A stretch of DNA of 29,056 nt from a virus (lineage: Duplodnaviria > Caudoviricetes). The notes beneath the pieces were generated by a model. It did not search any database. It was not told where the DNA came from and saw only the letters and a program-made list of their open reading frames with translations. Positions 17,482 to 25,435 of the stretch are shown here, piece by piece. Made by a program: the position numbers and the translations under genes. The stretch is taken from the IMG/VR virus record IMGVR_UViG_3300012982_000004, positions 1 to 29,056 of that record. One strand, 5' to 3'. Numbering within the stretch: position 1 is the first letter of the stretch; each line of letters begins with the position of its first letter.

Positions 17482-17690
17482 CTCTCCTCCACTTTCTTTG
17501 CGTGCTGCTTGCAGTACAAATTGTCCGGGCCAGCTACGGGTTTGCGGGTGCATTGCGCTGGACAGAAATGAAATTTGGTAAATACTTCCATCGCGCAGCG
17601 GTCGAAGGCGTATGGCCAACCTGAAAGCCCCCTGAATGCGCCGTACCGATACTTCTCCGCCTCAGGCCTGCTCTTTGGTGGGTTCAGCAT
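17478..17690 (-). CDS. Small Cys/His Zn-binding protein
   Basis: RCAMEV...QCTRK...LYCKQH. Confidence 0.65.
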   Translation of the reverse strand: MLNPPKSRPEAEKYRYGAFRGLSGWPYAFDRCAMEVFTKFHFCPAQCTRKPVAGPDNLYCKQHAKKVEER

Positions 17691-17855
17691 CTATCGCTCC
17701 CTCTGCGCTTTGCGGCGATCACGCGAGCTTATCCAGCTATCTATGGTGCCCACTGCAAAACCAATAGCCACAATGAACAGCACTACGGCCAAATAGACGA
17801 GCACCGGAGCACTGGCAAAGATGAAAATCAGCGCGACAATCTTCCAGAACGTCAT
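17691..17855 (-). CDS. Small membrane protein (54 aa, below ORF-track cutoff)
   Basis: Hand translation MTFWKIVALIFIFASAPVLVYLAVVLFIVAIGFAVGTIDSW...; GAGGAG RBS, ATGA-coupled. Confidence 0.6.
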   Translation of the reverse strand: MTFWKIVALIFIFASAPVLVYLAVVLFIVAIGFAVGTIDSWISSRDRRKAQRER

Positions 17856-18019
17856 TTCCGCTCCTCCTCAATCGAGAACTTGATGGCCGCGTTAAGGTTG
17901 GCTATAAAACACCCGAACAGAACCGCCGCCATAACCCAATGGAGCTGCTCGAAGGCCATCACTCCAACGACAAGATTGGAAGCTGCAACGCCAAGCGAAA
18001 CCCACTTTAGATATGTCAT
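17852..18019 (-). CDS. Small two-TM membrane protein (55 aa, below ORF-track cutoff)
   Basis: Hand translation MTYLKWVSLGVAASNLVVGVMAFEQLHWVMAAVLFGCFIANLNAA...; GGAGG RBS. Confidence 0.6.
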   Translation of the reverse strand: MTYLKWVSLGVAASNLVVGVMAFEQLHWVMAAVLFGCFIANLNAAIKFSIEEERK

Positions 18020-18029
18020 TCACCCTCCA

Positions 18030-18695
18030 TCATTTCTTGCCGCGTCGTTTCGCCTTGTCGTAGGCCTGCCCGTAATTCATGCCGGCGTACTCTTCGCTGT
18101 CGCATTCCGCATTCAAAAAACTTGCAGCCAGAAACTCCAGCGCGGTCGCCTCATCGTTGCTCTCGCCAAAGAACAGCGCAGCCTTGATCGCCCGGTCAAT
18201 CACCGCGAGCTGCGATTCTTCGCATCGAAACAGCCGCTTCGTTTTGCGCTCGCGGTGCATCGGTCCCGGCACGGAAGCATCCACCGTCTTCTGGAATTTC
18301 TCCCGCTTCTCCGTCTTCGCTGCCTGTAATATCTCCGGCTCATAGCGCTTCGATTCCGGCACGTCCAAAAGCAATCTCAAGTTGTCCTTTGAGATCTCGA
18401 GCATCTCTTCGTCCGAAAGCCTTAAGTGCTCGATCAGGTGCATCGCCTCATAGATCGCAGAGCGCGACTTGTCCGGTATCCGGTCCGCCAGATATTCATC
18501 GAACGCCGTAAATCCCAGCGTCCGGAACATCCGCTTGTCGCGGATCGCCATGCAATGCCGCCCCAGCTCCAGCCATGCTCCCTTCATCCAGCCACGGATA
18601 TGACGAACGGCGCGGTCATGCTCCTGCGCGCGGGTGCGCTCATCCATGTGCTCGACTTCGGCGAAGGTCGCCATGTCCGGAAACTGGATACTCAC
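18030..18695 (-). CDS. Phage protein (DUF3102-like helical domain)
   Basis: AWLELGRHCMAIRDKRMFRTLGFTAFDEYL...SRSAIYEAM; GTGA-coupled start. Confidence 0.65.
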   Translation of the reverse strand: MSIQFPDMATFAEVEHMDERTRAQEHDRAVRHIRGWMKGAWLELGRHCMAIRDKRMFRTLGFTAFDEYLADRIPDKSRSAIYEAMHLIEHLRLSDEEMLEISKDNLRLLLDVPESKRYEPEILQAAKTEKREKFQKTVDASVPGPMHRERKTKRLFRCEESQLAVIDRAIKAALFFGESNDEATALEFLAASFLNAECDSEEYAGMNYGQAYDKAKRRGKK

Positions 18696-19036
18696 GCCGC
18701 AACTCCCGGATGTTTGCAGCGCCGCACCATCACGCTTCCGTTGGGTTTCACGATGCGCTCCCATCCCTCATAGTCACGGCACACCGCGCAGCGGAGCGGA
18801 GCGGCATTCAGCGCGGGAAGATGGCTCTCGAGATCGCGCGGGCTCGAAGGAAAGAACTGCTCAACCTCGGCCCACTTCGCAACCGCTTTGCTCATCCGCT
18901 CCTCGCCCCACATCTCCAGACACCTCTCGGCGATCTCCTTCCACTGCTTGATGGCATAGACATCGCTTGGAGCCCCAGGCTTCAAGGTCAGCCGACGAAA
19001 CTGCTCTTCGAGATATTTAGTCCTGGAATGCTGCAC
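18692..19036 (-). CDS. Putative helicase loader/inhibitor-type protein with Zn finger
   Basis: Follows the initiator gene; GGAGGAGG RBS; FFPS motif, CAVC...GW...RC.H. Confidence 0.55.
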   Translation of the reverse strand: MQHSRTKYLEEQFRRLTLKPGAPSDVYAIKQWKEIAERCLEMWGEERMSKAVAKWAEVEQFFPSSPRDLESHLPALNAAPLRCAVCRDYEGWERIVKPNGSVMVRRCKHPGVAA

Positions 19037-19838
19037 GCCTGGCCTCCTCCGTGATCTGCTGCTTGGCCGTCCCCTTGCGTATCTCCCACATCTCATCCGG
19101 TCTGCGGTACATGCGCCCGTGTTTCGGGTGGTTTATGACATTCGCCAGTGGGTAGAATCCCCACTCAGAAGCCGGACGCTGGCGGATCAGCTCCGCAATG
19201 CGTTCCAGCCGCGCTGTCACATACTCCGCCGCCTGCTCCATCGTCGAGTGCTGCTCCCGCTCTTCGAAGAAAAAAGCGTCCACCAGCGAGCTTTCGATGG
19301 CATAACTCCAGTCCTTCGTGAACTTCCACGCCTCACGCACCCGGCTTACGAATTGCTCCGAACATCCAACAGCGGGAAATTCCTCGCGCGCGCCCTTCCT
19401 TTCCCTTCCTTTCCCTTCCCTTCCTTTCCCTTCCTGGACAACTGGGAAAATTACGGCGATACCCGGCTGCTTCTCGGGTGCTTCCCCGTTGCTTCCCCGT
19501 ATGTTTTGGGGTGGAGGCGGTATCTCCGAGTGAAGCTCCGATTCCTTACCGCTGATTCGCTGGTGTTTGCGAAAGTTCACGATCTGGATGCACCGTTTTT
19601 TGTCAGCCTCATAACGCTCGATGAACCCGGCTTCACTCAATTTATTGAGCAGCTCGCTTAGATCAACGTCGTCATAAGGAAAGAGTTCGATCTTCAAGCG
19701 CCGAGGACGGTCTTCAAGCCGCCCTTCGCGGTCAGCCTGGGTCCACAGCCCGGCAAAACATAGCCGCGCCTCAAAAGGCAGTTCCGCCAAATCCTCATCC
19801 TTGAAGAACTCCGGCTTGATGGTTCGTATCCGTCCCAC
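19017..19838 (-). CDS. Phage replication initiator / replisome organiser
   Basis: MGRIRTIKPEFF.DE.LAEL...ARL.F.GLWTQADREGR...LFPYD...NF.KHQ; GKGREGKG linker. Confidence 0.8.
   Translation of the reverse strand: MGRIRTIKPEFFKDEDLAELPFEARLCFAGLWTQADREGRLEDRPRRLKIELFPYDDVDLSELLNKLSEAGFIERYEADKKRCIQIVNFRKHQRISGKESELHSEIPPPPQNIRGSNGEAPEKQPGIAVIFPVVQEGKGREGKGRERKGAREEFPAVGCSEQFVSRVREAWKFTKDWSYAIESSLVDAFFFEEREQHSTMEQAAEYVTARLERIAELIRQRPASEWGFYPLANVINHPKHGRMYRRPDEMWEIRKGTAKQQITEEARRAAFQD
19396..19434. repeat. TTCC(C/T) pentamer run within the initiator gene (possible ori element)
   Basis: ttcct ttccc ttcct ttccc ttccc ttcct ttccc ttcc; encodes EGKGREGKGRERK. Confidence 0.6.
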
Positions 19839-20045
19839 TTACACGTTCCCCTGTGCGCCCGGCGCACACCGTTTGTTTTCTCTCCTCGCCTTCCTGCCGC
19901 ATAACCGGCAGGCTCGTCTTGCCTTATCGTTCCTGGACTCAATGCGCGAGTTTCTGCGGCAGGCATCCGAGCAATAGAACGACCCGCGCCGGATGCGCTT
20001 CTCGTCCAATATCTGGACACCACAGGCTGTGCAGTAGCGGGTCAC
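19839..20045 (-). CDS. Small Zn-finger protein
   Basis: CTAC...YCSDAC...CRLC. Confidence 0.7.
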   Translation of the reverse strand: MTRYCTACGVQILDEKRIRRGSFYCSDACRRNSRIESRNDKARRACRLCGRKARRENKRCAPGAQGNV

Positions 20046-21287
20046 TTAGGCAGTGGCCTCCGTCTCGTACAGGTCGGAAGCGCCCATGCCGTCCACCGTC
20101 AGCAGCTCCACGAGGTTGTAGAAGCTGCCCTTCTTCTCATAACTGAAGGTCACCGACTTTCCGCGGGCATCCTTCAGGATCGCTGCAGTGGATTTGCTGA
20201 AGGTCGAGAAAAGCAGTTCGTCCTCCAGCTGGAAGCTGAATGGCTTCTTGGCCTGTTGATGAAATACGGCAGTCACCGTCCCTGCGGCGATGCTCTTTCC
20301 ATCTTTCTCGTAGAAGTGAATCTTCGAGGCCGGCTTCTCATCAAATGGCTCGTCCATCGGGTCCGAGTCAAAGTTCACTGGAACGCCCTTGGCCGATTCT
20401 TCCTTCAGCGCAGCAAGGCAACTGACGCAGAACATCTTCCCGTCATGCCGCGCCTTAGAGACTGCGGTGATCTGGCCGATCGTGTACTGCTTGCCGTCAA
20501 TCTCCGCCGCCTCAATCGGCTCTGAGCAGCGCTCACAGCGATTGGTGAAGTGTCCATCCTTCGCCTCCGCCCCTCCGATGATGGCCGCAGGAATGGCTAC
20601 TCCAGAATTCAGCCACGCCAGCAATTCCGCCCCAACCATCGGATCCAGCAGGTCAACAATACGGTCATTGAAGAGCGATGTGCGGTCTTTAATGGCTGCG
20701 GCCTTGTGGTCAAGCTGCACATCAAAGACGGTGGTGAACTCGAACTCGACGCCATCGCGCTGAATCGGTGCCATGCCCACTTTCTTCGGCTGTTGCTTCC
20801 CGCGCTCGTTCGTAGTCAGAACATACTCAGACTTCGAGCGCATGGTGACGATCACATGCAGCGGAGCCTTGAGGATGGATTCCAGGAAGCGCGAGTGCTC
20901 CGGAGTGAAGCTCTGCCAGTTGGTATAGGAGTTAGATCCGGGTCGCTTGTCCAGCTCCGCCTTGCGGTCGAGGATGCCGCCTTCGCCGTCCCACTGGTGG
21001 GTGATTGAGTCAATCACCAGCGCTTCATATCCGGCATCAGATACGGCCTTGATCGCCTCCTGATACCGCGCCGATGTATACGGCGGCAGCAGGTCAATCA
21101 CATCAAAGGCATATCGGTCGGCGTAAAGGCTAGCCGAGCCGTGCTCGGTGTCAATGACGCATACCTTCTTGCTGTGAGAGAGCGACATCGCCAGCGCAAT
21201 GGCCCCCAATGTCTTGCCGGAGCCGCTTGGCCCCTGCACTGCGAGTTTCAGTTTGACTTGCTGTTTAGTGGCTTTCTTGATCTGCAT
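20046..21287 (-). CDS. Sak4-like AAA ATPase (AAA_24) recombination protein with Zn-finger/OB-like C-terminus
   Basis: GPSGSGKT, VIDTEHGSASLY, LVIDSITHQW.G.GG, PIQRDGVEFEF, KDRT; CERC...CVSC. Confidence 0.85.
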   Translation of the reverse strand: MQIKKATKQQVKLKLAVQGPSGSGKTLGAIALAMSLSHSKKVCVIDTEHGSASLYADRYAFDVIDLLPPYTSARYQEAIKAVSDAGYEALVIDSITHQWDGEGGILDRKAELDKRPGSNSYTNWQSFTPEHSRFLESILKAPLHVIVTMRSKSEYVLTTNERGKQQPKKVGMAPIQRDGVEFEFTTVFDVQLDHKAAAIKDRTSLFNDRIVDLLDPMVGAELLAWLNSGVAIPAAIIGGAEAKDGHFTNRCERCSEPIEAAEIDGKQYTIGQITAVSKARHDGKMFCVSCLAALKEESAKGVPVNFDSDPMDEPFDEKPASKIHFYEKDGKSIAAGTVTAVFHQQAKKPFSFQLEDELLFSTFSKSTAAILKDARGKSVTFSYEKKGSFYNLVELLTVDGMGASDLYETEATA

Positions 21288-21441
21288 CTTCTACCTCCGG
21301 ATAAAATTCGATTAACTCAAGACGCCTCCGCTCTCTCAATCGCAGGCGGCTTACCAGCGAAGCCTCATAAGCGGCCTGCTGGGTCTTAGCTTCCTGCTCC
21401 TGAATGATCGGGTCGTCTGCCCATCTTTGGTTAAATCTCAT
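21265..21441 (-). CDS. Hypothetical protein
   Basis: Coupled ORF in the early operon. Confidence 0.5.
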   Translation of the reverse strand: MRFNQRWADDPIIQEQEAKTQQAAYEASLVSRLRLRERRRLELIEFYPEVEDADQESH

Positions 21442-21622
21442 AGCCGTGCCTCGCAAATACCTCATCCACCAGATTGCGCAATTCGCTCATCTCACTGTCC
21501 CGGTTCAGGACCTTTGCCAGTGAAAGAATGGCGGCGGAATCGCAGCGCGGACATTTGCCCTTCGAGTCCGAGATGCCATCGCAGTTCACGCACAGCACCG
21601 CTTCGGCGAGCTCGATGATCAT
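21431..21622 (-). CDS. Small Zn-ribbon protein
   Basis: LAEAVLCVNCD...CPRCDS; ATGA-coupled. Confidence 0.65.
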   Translation of the reverse strand: MIIELAEAVLCVNCDGISDSKGKCPRCDSAAILSLAKVLNRDSEMSELRNLVDEVFARHGYEI

Positions 21623-21891
21623 TTGAGCCTCGCAATCTCGAAGCGCAGAACAAGAGAGAATATCGCTGTGGCAATCCCTATGAATTTCAACAGCCAACAG
21701 AAGCTATCGGCCTGCTCCTCATCCCGCACCCGCCGGTTCTCCGCTTCCATCGCCATGCGCCGGTTCGCCTGGTATTCGGACAAGCACTTCTCGCACAGCA
21801 TCCGGTTCTCGAAGATCGGGACCTGCTTGCAGGAAGCGCACAGATGCAGCTTCGGGGTAGCCAACTTCGCGGCGGATTCAAGTAGGCTCAT
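21619..21891 (-). CDS. Zn-finger protein with C-terminal TM helix
   Basis: CASC...CEKC...WLLKFIGIATAIFSLVL. Confidence 0.65.
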   Translation of the reverse strand: MSLLESAAKLATPKLHLCASCKQVPIFENRMLCEKCLSEYQANRRMAMEAENRRVRDEEQADSFCWLLKFIGIATAIFSLVLRFEIARLK

Positions 21892-21893
21892 GC

Positions 21894-22055
21894 TTATCTC
21901 CCCGCCACATGGCACCCGCAGGTGCAATTTACCTTCGAGCAAGACGCGCCGTGCTTGCCAACCTCACAGGCGCGGCTTATCTTGGGCAGACGGCGGAAAT
22001 CGCCACTAGCTGCGGTCGTCTTGAGAATCCGTGGTTCGGTGCGCCGGTCAGTCAT
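21894..22055 (-). CDS. Small Cys/His protein (53 aa, below ORF-track cutoff)
   Basis: Hand translation MTDRRTEPR...SRACEVGKHGASCSKVNCTCGCH; ATGA-coupled and fills the gap exactly. Confidence 0.6.
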   Translation of the reverse strand: MTDRRTEPRILKTTAASGDFRRLPKISRACEVGKHGASCSKVNCTCGCHVAGR

Positions 22056-22399
22056 GTCTTCACCAGCACGGAGCCGATGGCGCCGTAAACTTCCCGCGTG
22101 TAACCCGCTTCACGCACCGCCTTGTCGCTCTTGAGTTCGGTGATGCGCCCGGAGATCTGATGCGGTTGTTTCTGCACCGCTCGCGCCAGTTCATGCAGCG
22201 TCATTCCGCGCAGCCCGGCAGACTCCAGCAGTTCAAGGATGCGGTCACGCATGTGGCGCTTATAGGGATGGACCCGGGAGTTGGCGGCTTCCGATTGCGC
22301 ATGTCCGCGATGGCGCGCGCGACATACATCCGGAAGCCGCCTCTTGGGAGAGGGCGTGGATTGCTCCATGATCAGGAGCAGTTGCATCGGAGGATTCAT
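22052..22399 (-). CDS. Winged-helix DNA-binding protein
   Basis: RILELLESAGLRGMTLHELA...ISGRITEL; ATGA-coupled. Confidence 0.7.
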   Translation of the reverse strand: MNPPMQLLLIMEQSTPSPKRRLPDVCRARHRGHAQSEAANSRVHPYKRHMRDRILELLESAGLRGMTLHELARAVQKQPHQISGRITELKSDKAVREAGYTREVYGAIGSVLVKT

Positions 22400-22650
22400 G
22401 CGGTCACTCCTAATTGCTCTTGAAGTCGCTCCAGCCGGTGCTTTTCGCAGATGAAGTTGGCGGTGCACCAGCACTGCCGATTCGCCATCCGACCTTGCGC
22501 CATCAGGTAGCACAGGACGTGCTCCGCCAGGTCTTTACACGTGGCGCAATCCCGCCCGTAGCCGGTTGGGGAATCGTCATGGTCAACATTCCGCTCGTGC
22601 ATGAAGTCGGCCAAATCAGAAACGAGCTCGATTTCAAGGATGAGCGCCAT
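22396..22650 (-). CDS. Small Cys-rich protein
   Basis: CATC...CWC...CEKH. Confidence 0.6.
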   Translation of the reverse strand: MALILEIELVSDLADFMHERNVDHDDSPTGYGRDCATCKDLAEHVLCYLMAQGRMANRQCWCTANFICEKHRLERLQEQLGVTA

Positions 22651-22949
22651 CACGCCACCTCCGGCAGATCGCAGAGGTCATGGCTGACAAGCTGTTTCTC
22701 ATTGGACTGGCACTCGACTTCATGGGCACAGTCAATGCAGAGGGAAAGCGTGCAGGCGGCGCAGATGTAATATGCCTTCGCGCCGCACTCCATCTCTTCT
22801 TCTTCTGAGTAGTGGTGGCCGACTTCTTCCATGCGGCCAGTGCCGCGCATGTTCTCGCAGCGAATACTGATTGGGATTTCCGCAAGACCTGCGGATTGTG
22901 CTCCGTTCGGCGAATCGGGGAGATTCGATATTTTGTGTTCTGTGCCCAT
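22650..22949 (-). CDS. B-box-like Zn-finger protein, first early gene (start uncertain)
   Basis: ECG...YICAAC..SLCIDCAH. Confidence 0.55.
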   Translation of the reverse strand: MGTEHKISNLPDSPNGAQSAGLAEIPISIRCENMRGTGRMEEVGHHYSEEEEMECGAKAYYICAACTLSLCIDCAHEVECQSNEKQLVSHDLCDLPEVA

Positions 22950-22983
22950 GCTCACCACTCCGTGTGGTGCAAGCCGGGTATTT

Positions 22984-23041
22984 TGGTGGCGGTGTGTGGA
23001 CTCGAACCACAGACCTACGGATTATGAGACCGTCGCTCTAA
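22984..23041 (-). mobile_element. Probable attP core: 3' 58 nt of an elongator tRNA-Met(CAT)
   Basis: TTAGAGCGACGGTCT-CAT-AATCCGTAGGTCTGTGGTTCGAGTCCACACACCGCCACCA. The expected 5' GGCGGTGTAGCTC is missing. About 330 bp from the integrase and flanked by five TGCGGA motifs. Confidence 0.75.
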
Positions 23042-23133
23042 AATCCTGCTCCGTCTCCCGAATCACCGTGATACCCAGTTGCGGATTGCGGAACCTTAGT
23101 ACCTTCCGCAGTTGTTGTCTAGTAGCAAGTTAG

Positions 23134-23334
23134 TTAAGCCGTCTTGCGGGGCAAATAACCCACCTGCCGCTCAAGTCCGAGCTTGCTCAAAACCTGCTCG
23201 CCCGGCTCACGCTTGCCTTTGTAAATGTCCGACAGATAAGAAGGCGATATGCCAAGCTCCGCCGCCAAGTCCTGCTGCGCACGCTTGCCCTGCCGCTTTC
23301 TCAGTGCCGCGATCAGTTGCTCTCGGTTCATCAT
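23134..23334 (-). CDS. XRE/Cro-like HTH protein (Cro-, repressor- or Xis-like)
   Basis: QQDLAAELGISPSYLSDIYKGKREPG; 66 aa, no peptidase domain. Confidence 0.85.
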   Translation of the reverse strand: MMNREQLIAALRKRQGKRAQQDLAAELGISPSYLSDIYKGKREPGEQVLSKLGLERQVGYLPRKTA

Positions 23335-23343
23335 TACAACCTC

Positions 23344-23371
23344 ATAATACGCTTATGCGCGAAGTTGTCAA
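23344..23371 (-). promoter_or_regulatory. Near-consensus sigma70 promoter for xre and the early operon
   Basis: TTGACA (23371-23366, overlapping the integrase stop), 16 bp, TATTAT (23349-23344); AT-rich upstream; ATG 9 nt after the -10. Confidence 0.7.
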
Positions 23372-24501
23372 GCATATTTTTCACTTATTTTTATGGGCGT
23401 CCTTCTAGGGAAGGCCTTAGCCACGGCCTGCCGCTTCGCCTGCTCGCAGATGTGCTCGTAGTGCTCCCGCATCCTCCGCCCCTGATGCCCGCTGAACGCG
23501 CTCCGCACCGCCTCGGCAACGCCAGCCTCCGCCATCCTCGTCAGTCCCGTGTGCCGCGTGTCATACATCCGGAACCAGGACAATCCAGTGGCGTCCCTGA
23601 CCTCCTGCCATTGCTTCGATATGCCAGATTCGCTCATCGGGCGGCTCGGATCAAAGCAGTTCCGCTTCATCCGGTAGGGGAAAAGGTAGTGCGTCGGTGA
23701 ACTTGCCCCCAGCCGCTTTGCCCGCTCCATCATCCGTCCGGCTGCCCACAGCGCCTCATCGCTAAGTGGAATCGTGCGGATGGAGTTCTTGTTCTTAGCG
23801 CTGCCGGAACGCACCATAACATAGGCATCTGCATGGTAAATATCGCCCAGTCTGAGCTTCCTCAGCTCACACTCCCGCATGGTGGTCTGAAAGCCCAAGA
23901 TGGAATAGCAATGCACCGCCTCCCAGCGCGCCCGGCTCGCCGCCATACTGAGCCAGCTATCCTGCTCGGCGATGGACAAAGCCCGTGGAATGTCGTGCTC
24001 CTCGCGTTGCAATGGGCGGTAGAGTTCATCCAGCTCCGGAGTCCAGCAGTGCGCCCTTCGCATCACCTGAATCAGTGTTCCCACTTCCTGAATGATCTTG
24101 TTCGGCCCCACGGGGCGCGGAGATTTCCCTTTCGGCAGCTTTGGCCCCAGTTCTCCGCAGGCGCGCAGCCTCTCGTATTCCCTGATATGGCCGATGTGGA
24201 TGTCCCTTAGAGGCAGGTCTTTGAAGAACCGATTGAGCGCCACGATGTACTGTCCATAATCGGCCAGCGTCCGGGGCGAGATGTACCTTCCCCGCGGCCC
24301 ATTGAAAGTCTTGGATTCGACCCAAAGTCCAGCCGCTTGAGAGAACGGCAAATCCGATGAAATGACCCCGTGCATCATGAGATACCTGCTCCGCTCACAG
24401 ACAGCGCAGTCCTTATGATTAAGGGTGTGCTGAGTGAGGGGAGCAATGGTAACACTTCGCTTTTCTTTCGCAAGTACAAAATGTTGTGGTGTGGCCCCCA
24501 T
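23368..24501 (-). CDS. int: Tyrosine recombinase / integrase
   Basis: TMRECEL (R), AKNK (K), R.IPL, YDTRH (HxxR variant), SGH, catalytic Y in REHYEH; AGGAGG RBS. Confidence 0.9.
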   Translation of the reverse strand: MGATPQHFVLAKEKRSVTIAPLTQHTLNHKDCAVCERSRYLMMHGVISSDLPFSQAAGLWVESKTFNGPRGRYISPRTLADYGQYIVALNRFFKDLPLRDIHIGHIREYERLRACGELGPKLPKGKSPRPVGPNKIIQEVGTLIQVMRRAHCWTPELDELYRPLQREEHDIPRALSIAEQDSWLSMAASRARWEAVHCYSILGFQTTMRECELRKLRLGDIYHADAYVMVRSGSAKNKNSIRTIPLSDEALWAAGRMMERAKRLGASSPTHYLFPYRMKRNCFDPSRPMSESGISKQWQEVRDATGLSWFRMYDTRHTGLTRMAEAGVAEAVRSAFSGHQGRRMREHYEHICEQAKRQAVAKAFPRRTPIKISEKYA

Positions 24502-24622
24502 AAGAGTAGTCCTCCTAGTGGCTGCTTAGAGGCTCATGCAGGAACTAAGGTACATCCGCAAAATCAAGGGGGAGAGGCGGCGCAGGACGCGCCTAAAGGT
24601 GGGAAATGTCCAGAAACCGGAC

Positions 24623-24645
24623 GCGGCGGTTGCCCAAGCCGCCGC
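24623..24645 (-). terminator. GC hairpin after the lysis cassette, possible terminator
   Basis: gcggcggtt-gccca-agccgccgc about 8 nt after the stop codon; poor U-tract. Confidence 0.4.
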
Positions 24646-24653
24646 TCTGGTGG

Positions 24654-25013
24654 TTAATCACCGTAGCTGTTGAGGATGTCCGCGAGCGCGGCGGTCAGAC
24701 GGGTAACCGCATCGGCAAAGAGTGCCTCATCCTTCGGGTGTTTGCCAATGAGCAGGTCGGTCTTCTGGATGAGCGCAGCCACGAATGGCACCGCGGCCTT
24801 CAGTTTGTCCGAACCCTTCTTGGCGTCAGCCCCGAAAGCGGCAGCGAACGCCTGCTCTACGGTTACAATCACATCAAACGACTTCGCCAGCTTGTCCTCT
24901 GCGGCAGCAGTTCCGGCAGTCTGTGGGATGGCCGCTTCCACCAGCGGCATCACACCACTGGCAATACCCACTATCTTCAGGACGATGAGTCCCAGCTTCT
25001 TGAGAAACGTCAT
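24654..25013 (-). CDS. Lysis-cassette protein, possible holin-like
   Basis: MTFLKKLGLIVLKIVGIASGVMPLV...KKGSDKLKAA; AAGGAG RBS; ATGA-coupled to the endolysin. Confidence 0.6.
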   Translation of the reverse strand: MTFLKKLGLIVLKIVGIASGVMPLVEAAIPQTAGTAAAEDKLAKSFDVIVTVEQAFAAAFGADAKKGSDKLKAAVPFVAALIQKTDLLIGKHPKDEALFADAVTRLTAALADILNSYGD

Positions 25014-25435
25014 TGTGTTGCTCCTTGTGCCGCTCCCGCGGCGTTTTTGTAGGTGATATAAACGGGCTCCTGGGCGTTCTCTATCGCGCCCTGAATCCGC
25101 AGGAAAAACGGGTCGAATGCATCCACGCTGTGGCCGATCCAATCCGGCTCCGGCCCGATGGTCGAGCCCAGCAGCAGACATCCCAGCGTGTCCTCCGGCT
25201 TGTTCCCCGGGTGGATCTCAATGTCTGTCCTCCCCGGCACGTTGTTCACCGCCGGCAAGAGCCTCTTGTGTTTGTCCGAATACCTGATGGAGATGTCATA
25301 GGTTCCTTCGGGGATGGCGCATGGGTCGCCCTCGATAGGCGGCTCAAGGGTATGGCAGTATGGCACTCCATCAATCGAAAGATTGCCGATGGATGACTTG
25401 TCCGTTAAGTTCCAGCGCACCACAAGGATGTTCAT
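25010..25435 (-). CDS. DUF5675-family putative endolysin
   Basis: SIGNLSIDG...CHTLE...AIPEGTY...VPGRTDIEIHPGN...DTLGCLLLG. Confidence 0.85.
   Translation of the reverse strand: MNILVVRWNLTDKSSIGNLSIDGVPYCHTLEPPIEGDPCAIPEGTYDISIRYSDKHKRLLPAVNNVPGRTDIEIHPGNKPEDTLGCLLLGSTIGPEPDWIGHSVDAFDPFFLRIQGAIENAQEPVYITYKNAAGAAQGATQ

Noticed and set aside
22984-23070. Complete phage tRNA-Met
   Set aside because: The 5' acceptor strand and first D-stem strand (GGCGGTGTAGCTC) are absent; a CGGTG upstream is too far away and lacks GCTC. Treated as an att core.
23134-23400. ssrA-like degradation tags on Int (..EKYA) and XRE (..RKTA), as in phage BPs
   Set aside because: Only a single terminal Ala; many genes here end in Ala because of RBS/stop overlap, so support is insufficient.
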